From a virus (lineage: Duplodnaviria > Heunggongvirae > Uroviricota > Caudoviricetes), in the IMG/VR virus record IMGVR_UViG_2671180770_000004, positions 1-15,142 of that record: 15,142 nt of DNA; one strand, given 5' to 3'. Of this stretch, positions 1 to 5,857 are shown piece after piece (within the stretch, counting starts at the first letter, position 1; each line of letters starts with the position of its first letter). Under the pieces are notes generated by a model, which had not been told where the DNA came from, searched no databases, and was given only the letters and a program-made list of their open reading frames with translations. Position numbers and translations under genes: made by a program.

Positions 1-749
1 AGGAATCCAAGAGCTTTCACTGCTTCGGCCTGTGTCAGTTCTGACGATGCGCGAATGTCGCGGCGAAATATCTGGGAACAGAGCGGCAATAAGTCGTCAT
101 CCCATGTTTTATCCAGGGCGATTAGCAGAGTGTTAATCTCCTGCATGGTTTCATCGTTAACCGGAGTGATGTCGCGTTCCGGCTGGCGTTCTGCAGTGTA
201 TGCAGTATTTTCGACAATGCGCTCGGCTTCATCCTTGTCATAGATACCAGCAAATCCGAAGGCCAGACGGGCACACTGAATCATAGCTTTATGCCGTAAC
301 ATCCGTTTAGGATGCGACTGCCACGGCCCCGTGATTTCTCTGCCTTCGCGGGTTTTGAATGGTTCGCGGCGGCATTCATCCATCCATTCGGTAACGCAGA
401 TCGGATGATTACGGTCCTTGCGGTAAATCCGGCATGTACAGGATTCATTGTCCTGCTCAAAGTCCATGCCATCAAACTGCTGGTTTTCATTGATGATGCG
501 GGACCAGCCATCAACGCCCACCACCGGAACGATGCCGTTCTGCTTATCAGGGAAGGCGTAAATTTCTTTCGTCCACGGATTAAGGCCGTACTGGTTGGCG
601 ACGATCAACAATGCGATGAACTGCGCATCGCTGGCATCGCCTTTAAATGCCGTCTGGCGAAGAGTGGTGATCAGTTCCTGTGGGTCGACAGAATCCATGC
701 CGACACGTTCAGCCAGCTTCCCTGCCAGTGTTGCGAGTGCTGTACTCAT
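1..749 (-). CDS. bet: Bet (Red-beta) single-strand annealing recombinase; 3' end of gene truncated by window edge
   Basis: Reverse-strand translation from ATG at 749-747 reads MSTALATLAGKLAERVGMDSVDPQELITTLRQTAFKGDASDAQFIALLIVANQYGLNPW..., matching lambda Bet by recall. The ORF track shows only the internal fragment 281..514. Upstream GAGG-type RBS. About 12 C-terminal codons lie beyond position 1. Confidence 0.9.
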   Translation of the reverse strand, partial: MSTALATLAGKLAERVGMDSVDPQELITTLRQTAFKGDASDAQFIALLIVANQYGLNPWTKEIYAFPDKQNGIVPVVGVDGWSRIINENQQFDGMDFEQDNESCTCRIYRKDRNHPICVTEWMDECRREPFKTREGREITGPWQSHPKRMLRHKAMIQCARLAFGFAGIYDKDEAERIVENTAYTAERQPERDITPVNDETMQEINTLLIALDKTWDDDLLPLCSQIFRRDIRASSELTQAEAVKALGF

Positions 750-754
750 CCGTT

Positions 755-1051
755 TTATACCTCTGAATCAATATCAACCTGATGGTGAGCAATGGTTTCA
801 ACCATGTACCGGATGTGTTCTGCCATGCGCTCCTGAAACTCAACATCGTCATCAAACGCACGGGTAATGGCTTTTTTGCTGGCCCCGTGGCGTTGCAAAT
901 GACCGATGCATAGCGATTCAAACAGGTGCTGGGGCAGGCCTTTTTCCATGTCGTCTGCCAGTTCTGCCTCTTTCTCTTCACGGGCTATCTGCTGGTAGTG
1001 ACGCGCCCAGCTCTGAGCCTCAAGACGATCCTGAATGTAATAAGCGTTCAT
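755..1051 (-). CDS. gam: Gam (GamS form), RecBCD inhibitor
   Basis: ORF track 98 aa [21 protein letters not shown]...[10 protein letters not shown], near-identical to lambda Gam by recall. The long-form start ATG at 1170-1168 is in a different frame (see findings). Confidence 0.9.
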   Translation of the reverse strand: MNAYYIQDRLEAQSWARHYQQIAREEKEAELADDMEKGLPQHLFESLCIGHLQRHGASKKAITRAFDDDVEFQERMAEHIRYMVETIAHHQVDIDSEV

Positions 1052-1124
1052 GGCCGAACTCCTGAAATAGCTGTGAAAATATCGCCCGCGAAATGCCGGG
1101 CTGATTAGGAAAACAGGAAAGGGG

Positions 1125-1268
1125 TTAGTGAATGCTTTTGCTTGATCTCAGTTTCAGTATTAATATCCATTTTTTATAAGCGTCGACGGCTTCACGAAAC
1201 ATCTTTTCATCGCCAATAAAAGTGGCGATAGTGAATTTAGTCTGGATAGCCATAAGTGTTTGATCCAT
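1125..1268 (-). CDS. kil: Kil (host-killing / FtsZ inhibitor), 47 aa
   Basis: C-terminal 47 aa of track ORF 1125..1394 ([47 protein letters not shown]) matches lambda Kil by recall. ATG at 1268-1266. Its 3' end overlaps the gam long-form start, as in lambda. Confidence 0.8.
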   Translation of the reverse strand: MDQTLMAIQTKFTIATFIGDEKMFREAVDAYKKWILILKLRSSKSIH

Positions 1269-1401
1269 TCTTTGGGACTCCTGGCTGATTAAGTATGTCG
1301 ATAAGGCGTTTCCATCCGTCACGTAATTTACGGGTGATTCGTTCAAGTAAAGATTCGGAAGGGCAGCCAGCAACAGGCCACCCTGCAATGGCATATTGCA
1401 T
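1237..1401 (-). CDS. cIII: CIII, FtsH/HflB protease inhibitor, 54 aa
   Basis: C-terminal 54 aa of track ORF 1237..1503 ([54 protein letters not shown]) matches lambda CIII by recall. ATG at 1401-1399 preceded by AAGGAG RBS. Confidence 0.85.
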   Translation of the reverse strand: MQYAIAGWPVAGCPSESLLERITRKLRDGWKRLIDILNQPGVPKNGSNTYGYPD

Positions 1402-1462
1402 GGTGTGCTCCTTATTTATACATAACGAAAAACGCCTCGAGTGAAGCGTTATTGGTATGCAT

Positions 1463-1489
1463 ATAAAAAGGCCCTCACACTGGAGGGCA
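1463..1489 (-). terminator. Putative intrinsic terminator in the leftward (pL) operon
   Basis: Minus strand reads GCCCTC-CAGTGT-GAGGGC followed by CTTTTTATAT: a GC-rich 6-bp stem with a U-run. Lies between the 156-aa ORF and cIII. Confidence 0.5.
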
Positions 1490-1592
1490 AAGAAGATCTC
1501 CAATAATCAGAACAAGTCGGCTCCTGTTTAGTTACGAGCGACATTGCTCCGTGTATTCACTCGTTGGAATGAATACACAGTGCTTACTCGTA

Positions 1593-2063
1593 CTAATAAA
1601 ATACCCAATTTTCTGTTTCTTGGTTGTGCCCAAAGTTATATTCAATATCTGGTGTTGATGTATCAATATTCTTCATCCCATCAACAAGAGTTGATACAAC
1701 AGCCAAATCTTGTTTGATTCTCATTAAATGGTATTTCTTCCGGCGCAATAAACTTTCAATGGCAAGTTTCTTCGTTGGGAATGCAAAAGATCTTTCTGCA
1801 TTTTTTGCTACTTTCTTAATTGCATATCTATTTCTCTTTTGTTTCCATTCCTGTAACCACTGATTTGGTGCTGGTTTAAAATTAACAATCCAATGCGCAG
1901 GAACCAACCATGCATAATGCTCTGTCTGATGAAAAGCTATATATTGAAGTGCGAATATTTTGATTCCATCTTCTTCAACTGTCGCCTGGAATCTCCAGAA
2001 AACAGGCATTCCATCATGTTCAGTTTCTGATTCAGGAAAAGGTACGCTCCATGATTTTGTCAT
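1593..2063 (-). CDS. Hypothetical protein, 156 aa, AT-rich accessory gene between N and cIII
   Basis: Intact ORF with strong RBS (GAGGTGA 6 nt upstream of ATG at 2063-2061). AT-rich relative to flanking lambda-like genes. No family recognised. Confidence 0.6.
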   Translation of the reverse strand: MTKSWSVPFPESETEHDGMPVFWRFQATVEEDGIKIFALQYIAFHQTEHYAWLVPAHWIVNFKPAPNQWLQEWKQKRNRYAIKKVAKNAERSFAFPTKKLAIESLLRRKKYHLMRIKQDLAVVSTLVDGMKNIDTSTPDIEYNFGHNQETENWVFY

Positions 2064-2125
2064 ATCTCACCTCAAATAAGTGGCTTGCTGCCAAAACAAT
2101 GAACCATCCGGAAATTCCAGATAGT

Positions 2126-2350
2126 TCATAATTCACTCTTCAATACTTCCAACTTACTAATCGCCGATAGATATCCGCGCTGATAGGTCATCATCATTCC
2201 TTCGAGCTTGCCACTTCTTAACTCCTCCCTGAGCAATTGTATTGCTTGATCAATAACCTCTGCCTTAGCGTCCTTTATGGCTTGCTTGCGGGGCTTTGCT
2301 TTCTGCTTTGGCAGATTTCTCAAGCATGATGGAATGTATGTCTGATTCAT
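2126..2350 (-). CDS. Hypothetical small basic protein, about 74 aa, translationally coupled to N
   Basis: ATG at 2350-2348 lies 3 nt after the N stop (minus strand GAGGTAAGTGATG; the GAGG in the last N codons serves as RBS). No family recognised. Confidence 0.5.
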   Translation of the reverse strand: MNQTYIPSCLRNLPKQKAKPRKQAIKDAKAEVIDQAIQLLREELRSGKLEGMMMTYQRGYLSAISKLEVLKSEL

Positions 2351-2353
2351 CAC

Positions 2354-2626
2354 TTACCTCGCTGTCAGTTGTTTTGATTTCCGGTAGCCTGCCGCGTAAA
2401 TGGCTACGTTTGGCAGGCAAATACTTCCACTGCATTCATCTGCCTTCTTGCAGCGAAGGCTTCCGAGTGATGCTGCTTTATCTGCTCTGACGCAACCAGA
2501 GAGCTTTAGCGCAATTTTTCGCGCCAGTCGCTGCTCTTGCATTGCCTGTTCACGTTGAGCCTGTCTGCGTGCTCTGCGGCGATTTCTGGCGTTATCGTCA
2601 GCCAGATATGTAATGACTACTGTCAT
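2354..2626 (-). CDS. N: N-type transcription antiterminator (P22 gene 24 / phi21 N family)
   Basis: 90 aa with an N-terminal arginine-rich motif (NARNRRRARRQAQREQ) and a C-terminus ...LPNVAIYAAGYRKSKQLTAR resembling P22 gp24 by recall. GGAGG RBS 5 nt upstream. First gene downstream of oL/nutL. Confidence 0.8.
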   Translation of the reverse strand: MTVVITYLADDNARNRRRARRQAQREQAMQEQRLARKIALKLSGCVRADKAASLGSLRCKKADECSGSICLPNVAIYAAGYRKSKQLTAR

Positions 2627-2734
2627 GTTGACCTCCGATGATTGACTTTGGCGGTGACGCGCCGGGTGCTTATCTTCCGGTTGCCGTCGTGCAGCTGCAC
2701 TTCACGTCACCCCAAAGCCAACTACTCTTTGGTT

Positions 2735-2775
2735 CCCGCATTTCGGCGGGACAATCCCATCAATGTTAAAGAGCC
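2735..2775 (-). promoter_or_regulatory. nutL: boxA plus boxB hairpin
   Basis: Minus strand reads GGCTCTTTAACA (boxA, rrn/P22-like), a 13-nt spacer, then CCCGC-CGAAAT-GCGGG (5-bp stem, 6-nt loop). The same boxB and a near-identical boxA recur downstream of cro. Confidence 0.6.
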
Positions 2776-2821
2776 TGCCAAGCTGTTCCGTTTGGCTTCC
2801 AGCGTCCTGCTGATGGCTAAA

Positions 2822-2908
2822 GAATACTGTAGGTATTTTATTATGTAAATACCCAAGGTATTTATTTTTGGTGAAATAATGATAAGCAAATGAATACAAA
2901 GGATATTT
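2822..2908. promoter_or_regulatory. oL operator cluster (three 17-bp dyad sites) with embedded pL
   Basis: GAATACtgtagGTATTT (2822-2838), AAATACCcaaGGTATTT (2847-2863), GAATACaaaggATATTT (2892-2908). Half-site consensus about AATAC. Same dyad family as the oR sites. Confidence 0.55.
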
Positions 2909-2993
2909 ATTTTTTCGGTGTCTGCTTGTTCAGTGCTTTTTATGCGGGATATGTGAAGTGGATCCCGATAGCTATTGCTGCCGGGATTATGAG

Positions 2994-3362
2994 TTAGTCA
3001 GCGAAGGTTAAGACGAGAATTACCTTAATGATGTCTGCTACAACAGACACGGCCATAGATAAACCAAAGACGATCCAAGCCATAGAGATGTCTTCACTAC
3101 CATCGTATAGAGTTCCGTAATCACTGGTGTAAGGCGTAAATGTCGCGCCTTGATACAATAGGTATAAGCTTGATCCATAGAGGATAAATGCAGATATCCC
3201 TTGTATTGCCATGATCACCAGAATCATGAAACGAGCTGATCTATGCGCCCAAGCCTGGCTTATTTTTTCTGATAGAGATTTCGCAATAAAAGCATGCGCT
3301 AAGCCGTAAATTGTCGAGATTGCCAACATCCCAAAAAAGCTTGCTATAGCGGTTCCAACCAT
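2994..3362 (-). CDS. Small polytopic membrane protein (about 122 aa) downstream of cI in the rexAB position; candidate exclusion/defence protein
   Basis: Track ORF 2994..3383. Probable ATG at 3362-3360, 17 nt after the cI stop, with a GGGG purine-rich RBS. About three predicted TM helices (AIMVGTAIASFFGMLAISTIYGL, FMILVIMAIQGISAFILYG, MAWIVFGLSMAVSVVADIIKVILVL). No similarity to lambda RexA/RexB recognised. Confidence 0.6.
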   Translation of the reverse strand: MVGTAIASFFGMLAISTIYGLAHAFIAKSLSEKISQAWAHRSARFMILVIMAIQGISAFILYGSSLYLLYQGATFTPYTSDYGTLYDGSEDISMAWIVFGLSMAVSVVADIIKVILVLTFAD

Positions 3363-3379
3363 AATCGCCCCTTGCGTGA

Positions 3380-4096
3380 TCAAACCAGCCTTAGTTTTGT
3401 CTCAATTGCAACGCCTATAATCTTGCAGTTTCCATTGATTGGCACGAGAGGCCATGCAGGATTAAGTCCCTTGAGGTATTTATTTCCGCCGTCGATTATC
3501 AGCTTCTTGAATGTTGCTTCGTTAGAGTCAGAAAGTTTTGCTATGACCAAGCTGCCGTTGATCGCCTCCCTTCCGGTATCGAAAAGAACGAATGTTCCCT
3601 CTGGAATGCTTAACCCAACCGGTGCCGTCATTGAATCACCTTCCACTTTAAGCCAGAACGCATTACCTTGAATATGCGCGTCAGACTCAAGCCAAACATC
3701 TATGTCTTTAATGGTGTATGGTTCGCATGCTTCACACCACGAGCCAGCCTGGATACTGCTTAACACCGGATACCTCTTTCCTGCTCTGTATTCCCCTGCA
3801 TACCTTACGTTGGCATCGCTCTTAAGGCTTTCTGCCTGTTCTGCAACCTTGGCAGCAATTGACTGGCTAAAATCAGCAATTGAGACTTGCAACAATCGTG
3901 CAAAACCAGATGCAACCTCAACGTTTAGCGCATTTCTGCCATTAAGATAATGCCCTACCGCTCCTTGGGTGATACCCAGTTCATCAGCGATTGAGTATTG
4001 GGTTATTCCCAATTCTTTCTTTTTTGACTCATACAAAGCCTTAAGCCGCTTAGCGTCTTCGAGCTGTTCTGTCGTCAGTGATTTTTTATTTTCCAT
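3380..4096 (-). CDS. cI: CI-type prophage repressor (HTH N-domain plus LexA/S24-like autocleavage C-domain)
   Basis: 238 aa. N-terminus MENKKSLTTEQLEDAKRLKALYESKKKELG resembles lambda cI. C-domain ...SWCEACEPYTIKDIDVW...FWLKVEGDSMTAPVGLSIPEG...FKKLIIDGGNKYLKGLNPAWPLVPINGNCKIIGV resembles 434 cI by recall. Divergent from cro across the operator region. Confidence 0.9.
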   Translation of the reverse strand: MENKKSLTTEQLEDAKRLKALYESKKKELGITQYSIADELGITQGAVGHYLNGRNALNVEVASGFARLLQVSIADFSQSIAAKVAEQAESLKSDANVRYAGEYRAGKRYPVLSSIQAGSWCEACEPYTIKDIDVWLESDAHIQGNAFWLKVEGDSMTAPVGLSIPEGTFVLFDTGREAINGSLVIAKLSDSNEATFKKLIIDGGNKYLKGLNPAWPLVPINGNCKIIGVAIETKLRLV

Positions 4097-4130
4097 AGCT
4101 TAATTCTAATAGCTAAGGTACTTAAACTAA

Positions 4131-4173
4131 AAATACCCTGAGTATTGATTGTTTTGAATACCTGTAGTATTCT
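4131..4173. promoter_or_regulatory. oR operators with pR
   Basis: 17-bp dyads AAATACCctgAGTATTG (4131-4147) and GAATACctgtaGTATTC (4156-4172, perfect palindrome). Candidate pR -35 TTGATT (4145-4150), 17-bp spacer, -10 TATTCT (4168-4173), directed toward cro. A third operator and pRM are likely in 4097-4130 but not resolved. Confidence 0.6.
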
Positions 4174-4202
4174 TTGTTCATGGTTAATAACGGAGAGTGC
4201 AT

Positions 4203-4397
4203 ATGATTCGAATGACACTTGCCGATTACGCCAAAATCCATGGACAGGCTAAAGCAGCCAGTGACTTTGGTGTAATCCAGTGCGCTATCAGCAAGGCCAT
4301 TCTGGCAGGCCGTAACATTATGGTTACGGTAAAGCCTGATGGCAGTGTGATTGGAGAGGAGGTTCGACCTTTCCCAAGCAACAAGAAAAACAAATAG
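4203..4397 (+). CDS. cro: Cro repressor
   Basis: [64 protein letters not shown] aligns with lambda Cro by recall (...[34 protein letters not shown]). GGAGAG RBS 5 nt upstream of ATG 4203. The track starts at an upstream GTG (4197). Confidence 0.85.
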   Translation: MIRMTLADYAKIHGQAKAASDFGVIQCAISKAILAGRNIMVTVKPDGSVIGEEVRPFPSNKKNK

Positions 4398-4403
4398 TAA
4401 CAC

Positions 4404-4446
4404 CGCTCTTTAACAGTCATGGTCCTCATTCCCGCCGAAATGCGGG
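4404..4446 (+). promoter_or_regulatory. nutR: boxA plus boxB hairpin
   Basis: CGCTCTTTAACA (4404-4415), 15-nt spacer, CCCGCCGAAATGCGGG (4431-4446), the same boxB as nutL. Followed by hairpin GCGCA-tcagttgg-TGCGC (4455-4472), a possible tR1-like element. Confidence 0.65.
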
Positions 4447-4505
4447 AATACAACGCGCATCAGTTGGTGCGCATAACTTCTTATTTGTTAAGGAAATACT
4501 TACAT

Positions 4506-4784
4506 ATGCAACTTACAAGTACTCGCAAGAAAGCGAATGCAATTACAAGCAACATCCTAAATCGAATTGCTGTACGTGGTCAGCGAAAGGTTGCTGATGC
4601 ATTAGGGATCAATGAATCGCAAATTTCGCGATGGAAAGACAGCTTTATCCCAAAGATGGCCATGCTTCTGGCTGTGCTGGAGTGGGGTGTTGAAGACGAG
4701 GAATTAGCGGAGCTGGCAAAGAAAGTAGCCATGGTGCTGACAAAAGAAAAGCCTCAAGACTGCGGCAACAGTTTTGAGGCCTGA
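4506..4784 (+). CDS. cII: CII transcriptional activator
   Basis: MQLTSTRKKANAITSNILNRIAVRGQRKVADALGINESQISRWKDSFIPKMAMLLAVLEWGVEDEELAELAKKVA... shares the lambda CII core (SQISRWK...IPK..MLLAVLEWGV) by recall. AAGGAAAT RBS. The track ORF begins upstream at 4419 inside nutR and is not the true start. Confidence 0.85.
   Translation: MQLTSTRKKANAITSNILNRIAVRGQRKVADALGINESQISRWKDSFIPKMAMLLAVLEWGVEDEELAELAKKVAMVLTKEKPQDCGNSFEA
4742..4780 (-). terminator. Putative oop-like antisense terminator inside the cII 3' end
   Basis: Minus strand reads GCCTCAA-(16 nt)-TTGAGGC followed by TTTTCTTTTG. This is the position and orientation of lambda t-oop (antisense to the cII 3' end). Confidence 0.45.
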
Positions 4785-4818
4785 TGTAGAAAGACTGGAT
4801 CAATCCACAGGAGTAATT

Positions 4819-4980
4819 ATGACAAAACGTCGTAAGAAATACCAGGAAAAAGAAGAGATTCGACACCCTGATTCACCCGAGGGATTAGTGGTAGCCGCAG
4901 CAAATAACAGGGCGTTCGCAGAGCGCCTTGTTGGTATTTACAGACTAGCCAAAGCAGGAGTGAAACATGGGCGTCGTTAA
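4819..4980 (+). CDS. Hypothetical small basic protein (53 aa) between cII and the replication initiator
   Basis: ATG 4819 preceded by CAGGAG RBS. MTKRRKKYQEKEEIRHPDSPEGLVVAAANNRAFAERLVGIYRLAKAGVKHGRR. Overlaps the start of the next gene by 14 nt. No family recognised. Confidence 0.4.
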   Translation: MTKRRKKYQEKEEIRHPDSPEGLVVAAANNRAFAERLVGIYRLAKAGVKHGRR

Positions 4981-5857
4981 GTTAGCTGATTACAGGCATA
5001 ACCCTGTACAACATCAGGAGGCATCCAGTATGGGGTATGTCTCTATACACCGCCAGTTTATGGACAGCAGGCTCTATAAGGACTCTCAGGCAGTACATCT
5101 TTGGCTTCACTTAATCCTCAAGGCTAATCACGAATCTACTGTCGTCAATACGGATATCGGTCCGATAACTGTTGATCGCGGTCAGATGATAACTGGACGC
5201 CCGTCGCTGGTCAGAGAAACATTCATCCCAGACAACAAAGTTCGGAGCTTATTACGGACTTTTGAGTCGAAAGGGATGCTTAATATTTGCGCGATGGGGA
5301 AGAAATTTAGCCTGTTTACAATCGTTAAATATGACGATTTTCAGTCAAAAAATTGTCCAACGGTTGTCCAACGGTTGTCCAACGCAAACACCAGTAATGG
5401 CGCGGCTCTCAGCGGAGATTGTCCAACGGTTGTCCAACGGTTGTCCATAAACAATAATATAAATAATATCTCTAATACTGACGTATTAGAGAGTGCCACA
5501 GCAGACAAAAAGTCTGACAAGAAAAAACCTTCCGTCAGCTGTCAGGATGTTGTCGATGCTTACCACGAAATCCTTCCTGAAGCGCCAAGAATCCGCGCAC
5601 TGAATGACAAGCGTAAAAACCAGATCCGAACGTTCTGGCGCAAAGCCGGAGTGATAACCCGACAGCTTGACGGGCATGGGTTCACGATGCAGGACTGGAG
5701 AAATTATTTGAGCTACGTAGGCGAAAATTGCCGATGGATGTTCGAAGAGCGCCCAAACCATCAGCGCGGAACCGTCTGGCACAAAAAGGGATTTGATTTC
5801 CTGCTTAACGATAATACCTACCTGAAAGTTCGTGAGGGTGAACACGATGACCGATAA
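4967..5857 (+). CDS. Replication initiator (lambda O / P22 gene 18 analogue) with ori inside the gene
   Basis: 296 aa, AGGAG RBS. Immediately precedes a DnaB-like helicase. The coding sequence contains the iteron array and AT-rich segment typical of lambdoid ori. Confidence 0.8.
   Translation: MGVVKLADYRHNPVQHQEASSMGYVSIHRQFMDSRLYKDSQAVHLWLHLILKANHESTVVNTDIGPITVDRGQMITGRPSLVRETFIPDNKVRSLLRTFESKGMLNICAMGKKFSLFTIVKYDDFQSKNCPTVVQRLSNANTSNGAALSGDCPTVVQRLSINNNINNISNTDVLESATADKKSDKKKPSVSCQDVVDAYHEILPEAPRIRALNDKRKNQIRTFWRKAGVITRQLDGHGFTMQDWRNYLSYVGENCRWMFEERPNHQRGTVWHKKGFDFLLNDNTYLKVREGEHDDR
5353..5495. repeat. Origin of replication: six 11-bp iterons in two triplets, then an AT-rich unwinding region
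   Basis: TTGTCCAACGG repeated at 5353-5363, 5364-5374, 5375-5385 and 5419-5429, 5430-5440, 5441-5447 (partial). Followed by ATAAACAATAATATAAATAATATC and inverted repeat CTCTAATA-ctgacg-TATTAGAG (5471-5492). Confidence 0.8.

Noticed and set aside
312-782. Plus-strand 156-aa ORF (also 595..867 plus and 709..981 minus)
   Set aside because: These are antisense or out-of-frame to bet and gam, which are confidently identified on the minus strand, so they are shadow ORFs.
1624-1863. Plus-strand 79-aa ORF
   Set aside because: It is antisense to the 156-aa minus-strand gene, lacks an RBS, and is a low-complexity AT-rich translation.
3372-3950. Plus-strand ORFs of 99 and 82 aa
   Set aside because: Both lie antisense within the cI coding sequence, with no RBS and no recognisable features.
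4419-4505. Upstream extension of the cII ORF (track start at 4419)
   Set aside because: The extension begins inside the nutR boxB hairpin and has no RBS. The internal ATG at 4506 has an AAGGAAAT RBS and matches where the CII family begins.
5262-5450. Plus-strand ORF of 62 aa with repeated IVQRLSNGCP segments inside the initiator gene
   Set aside because: It is an alternative-frame translation of the ori iterons within the O-like gene, so the repeated peptide simply reflects the DNA repeats.
5353-5450. Short direct repeats that could be mistaken for a CRISPR array
   Set aside because: The units are 11 bp and contiguous with no unique spacers of CRISPR size, and they sit inside a replication initiator gene with an adjacent AT-rich region. 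They are ori iterons.
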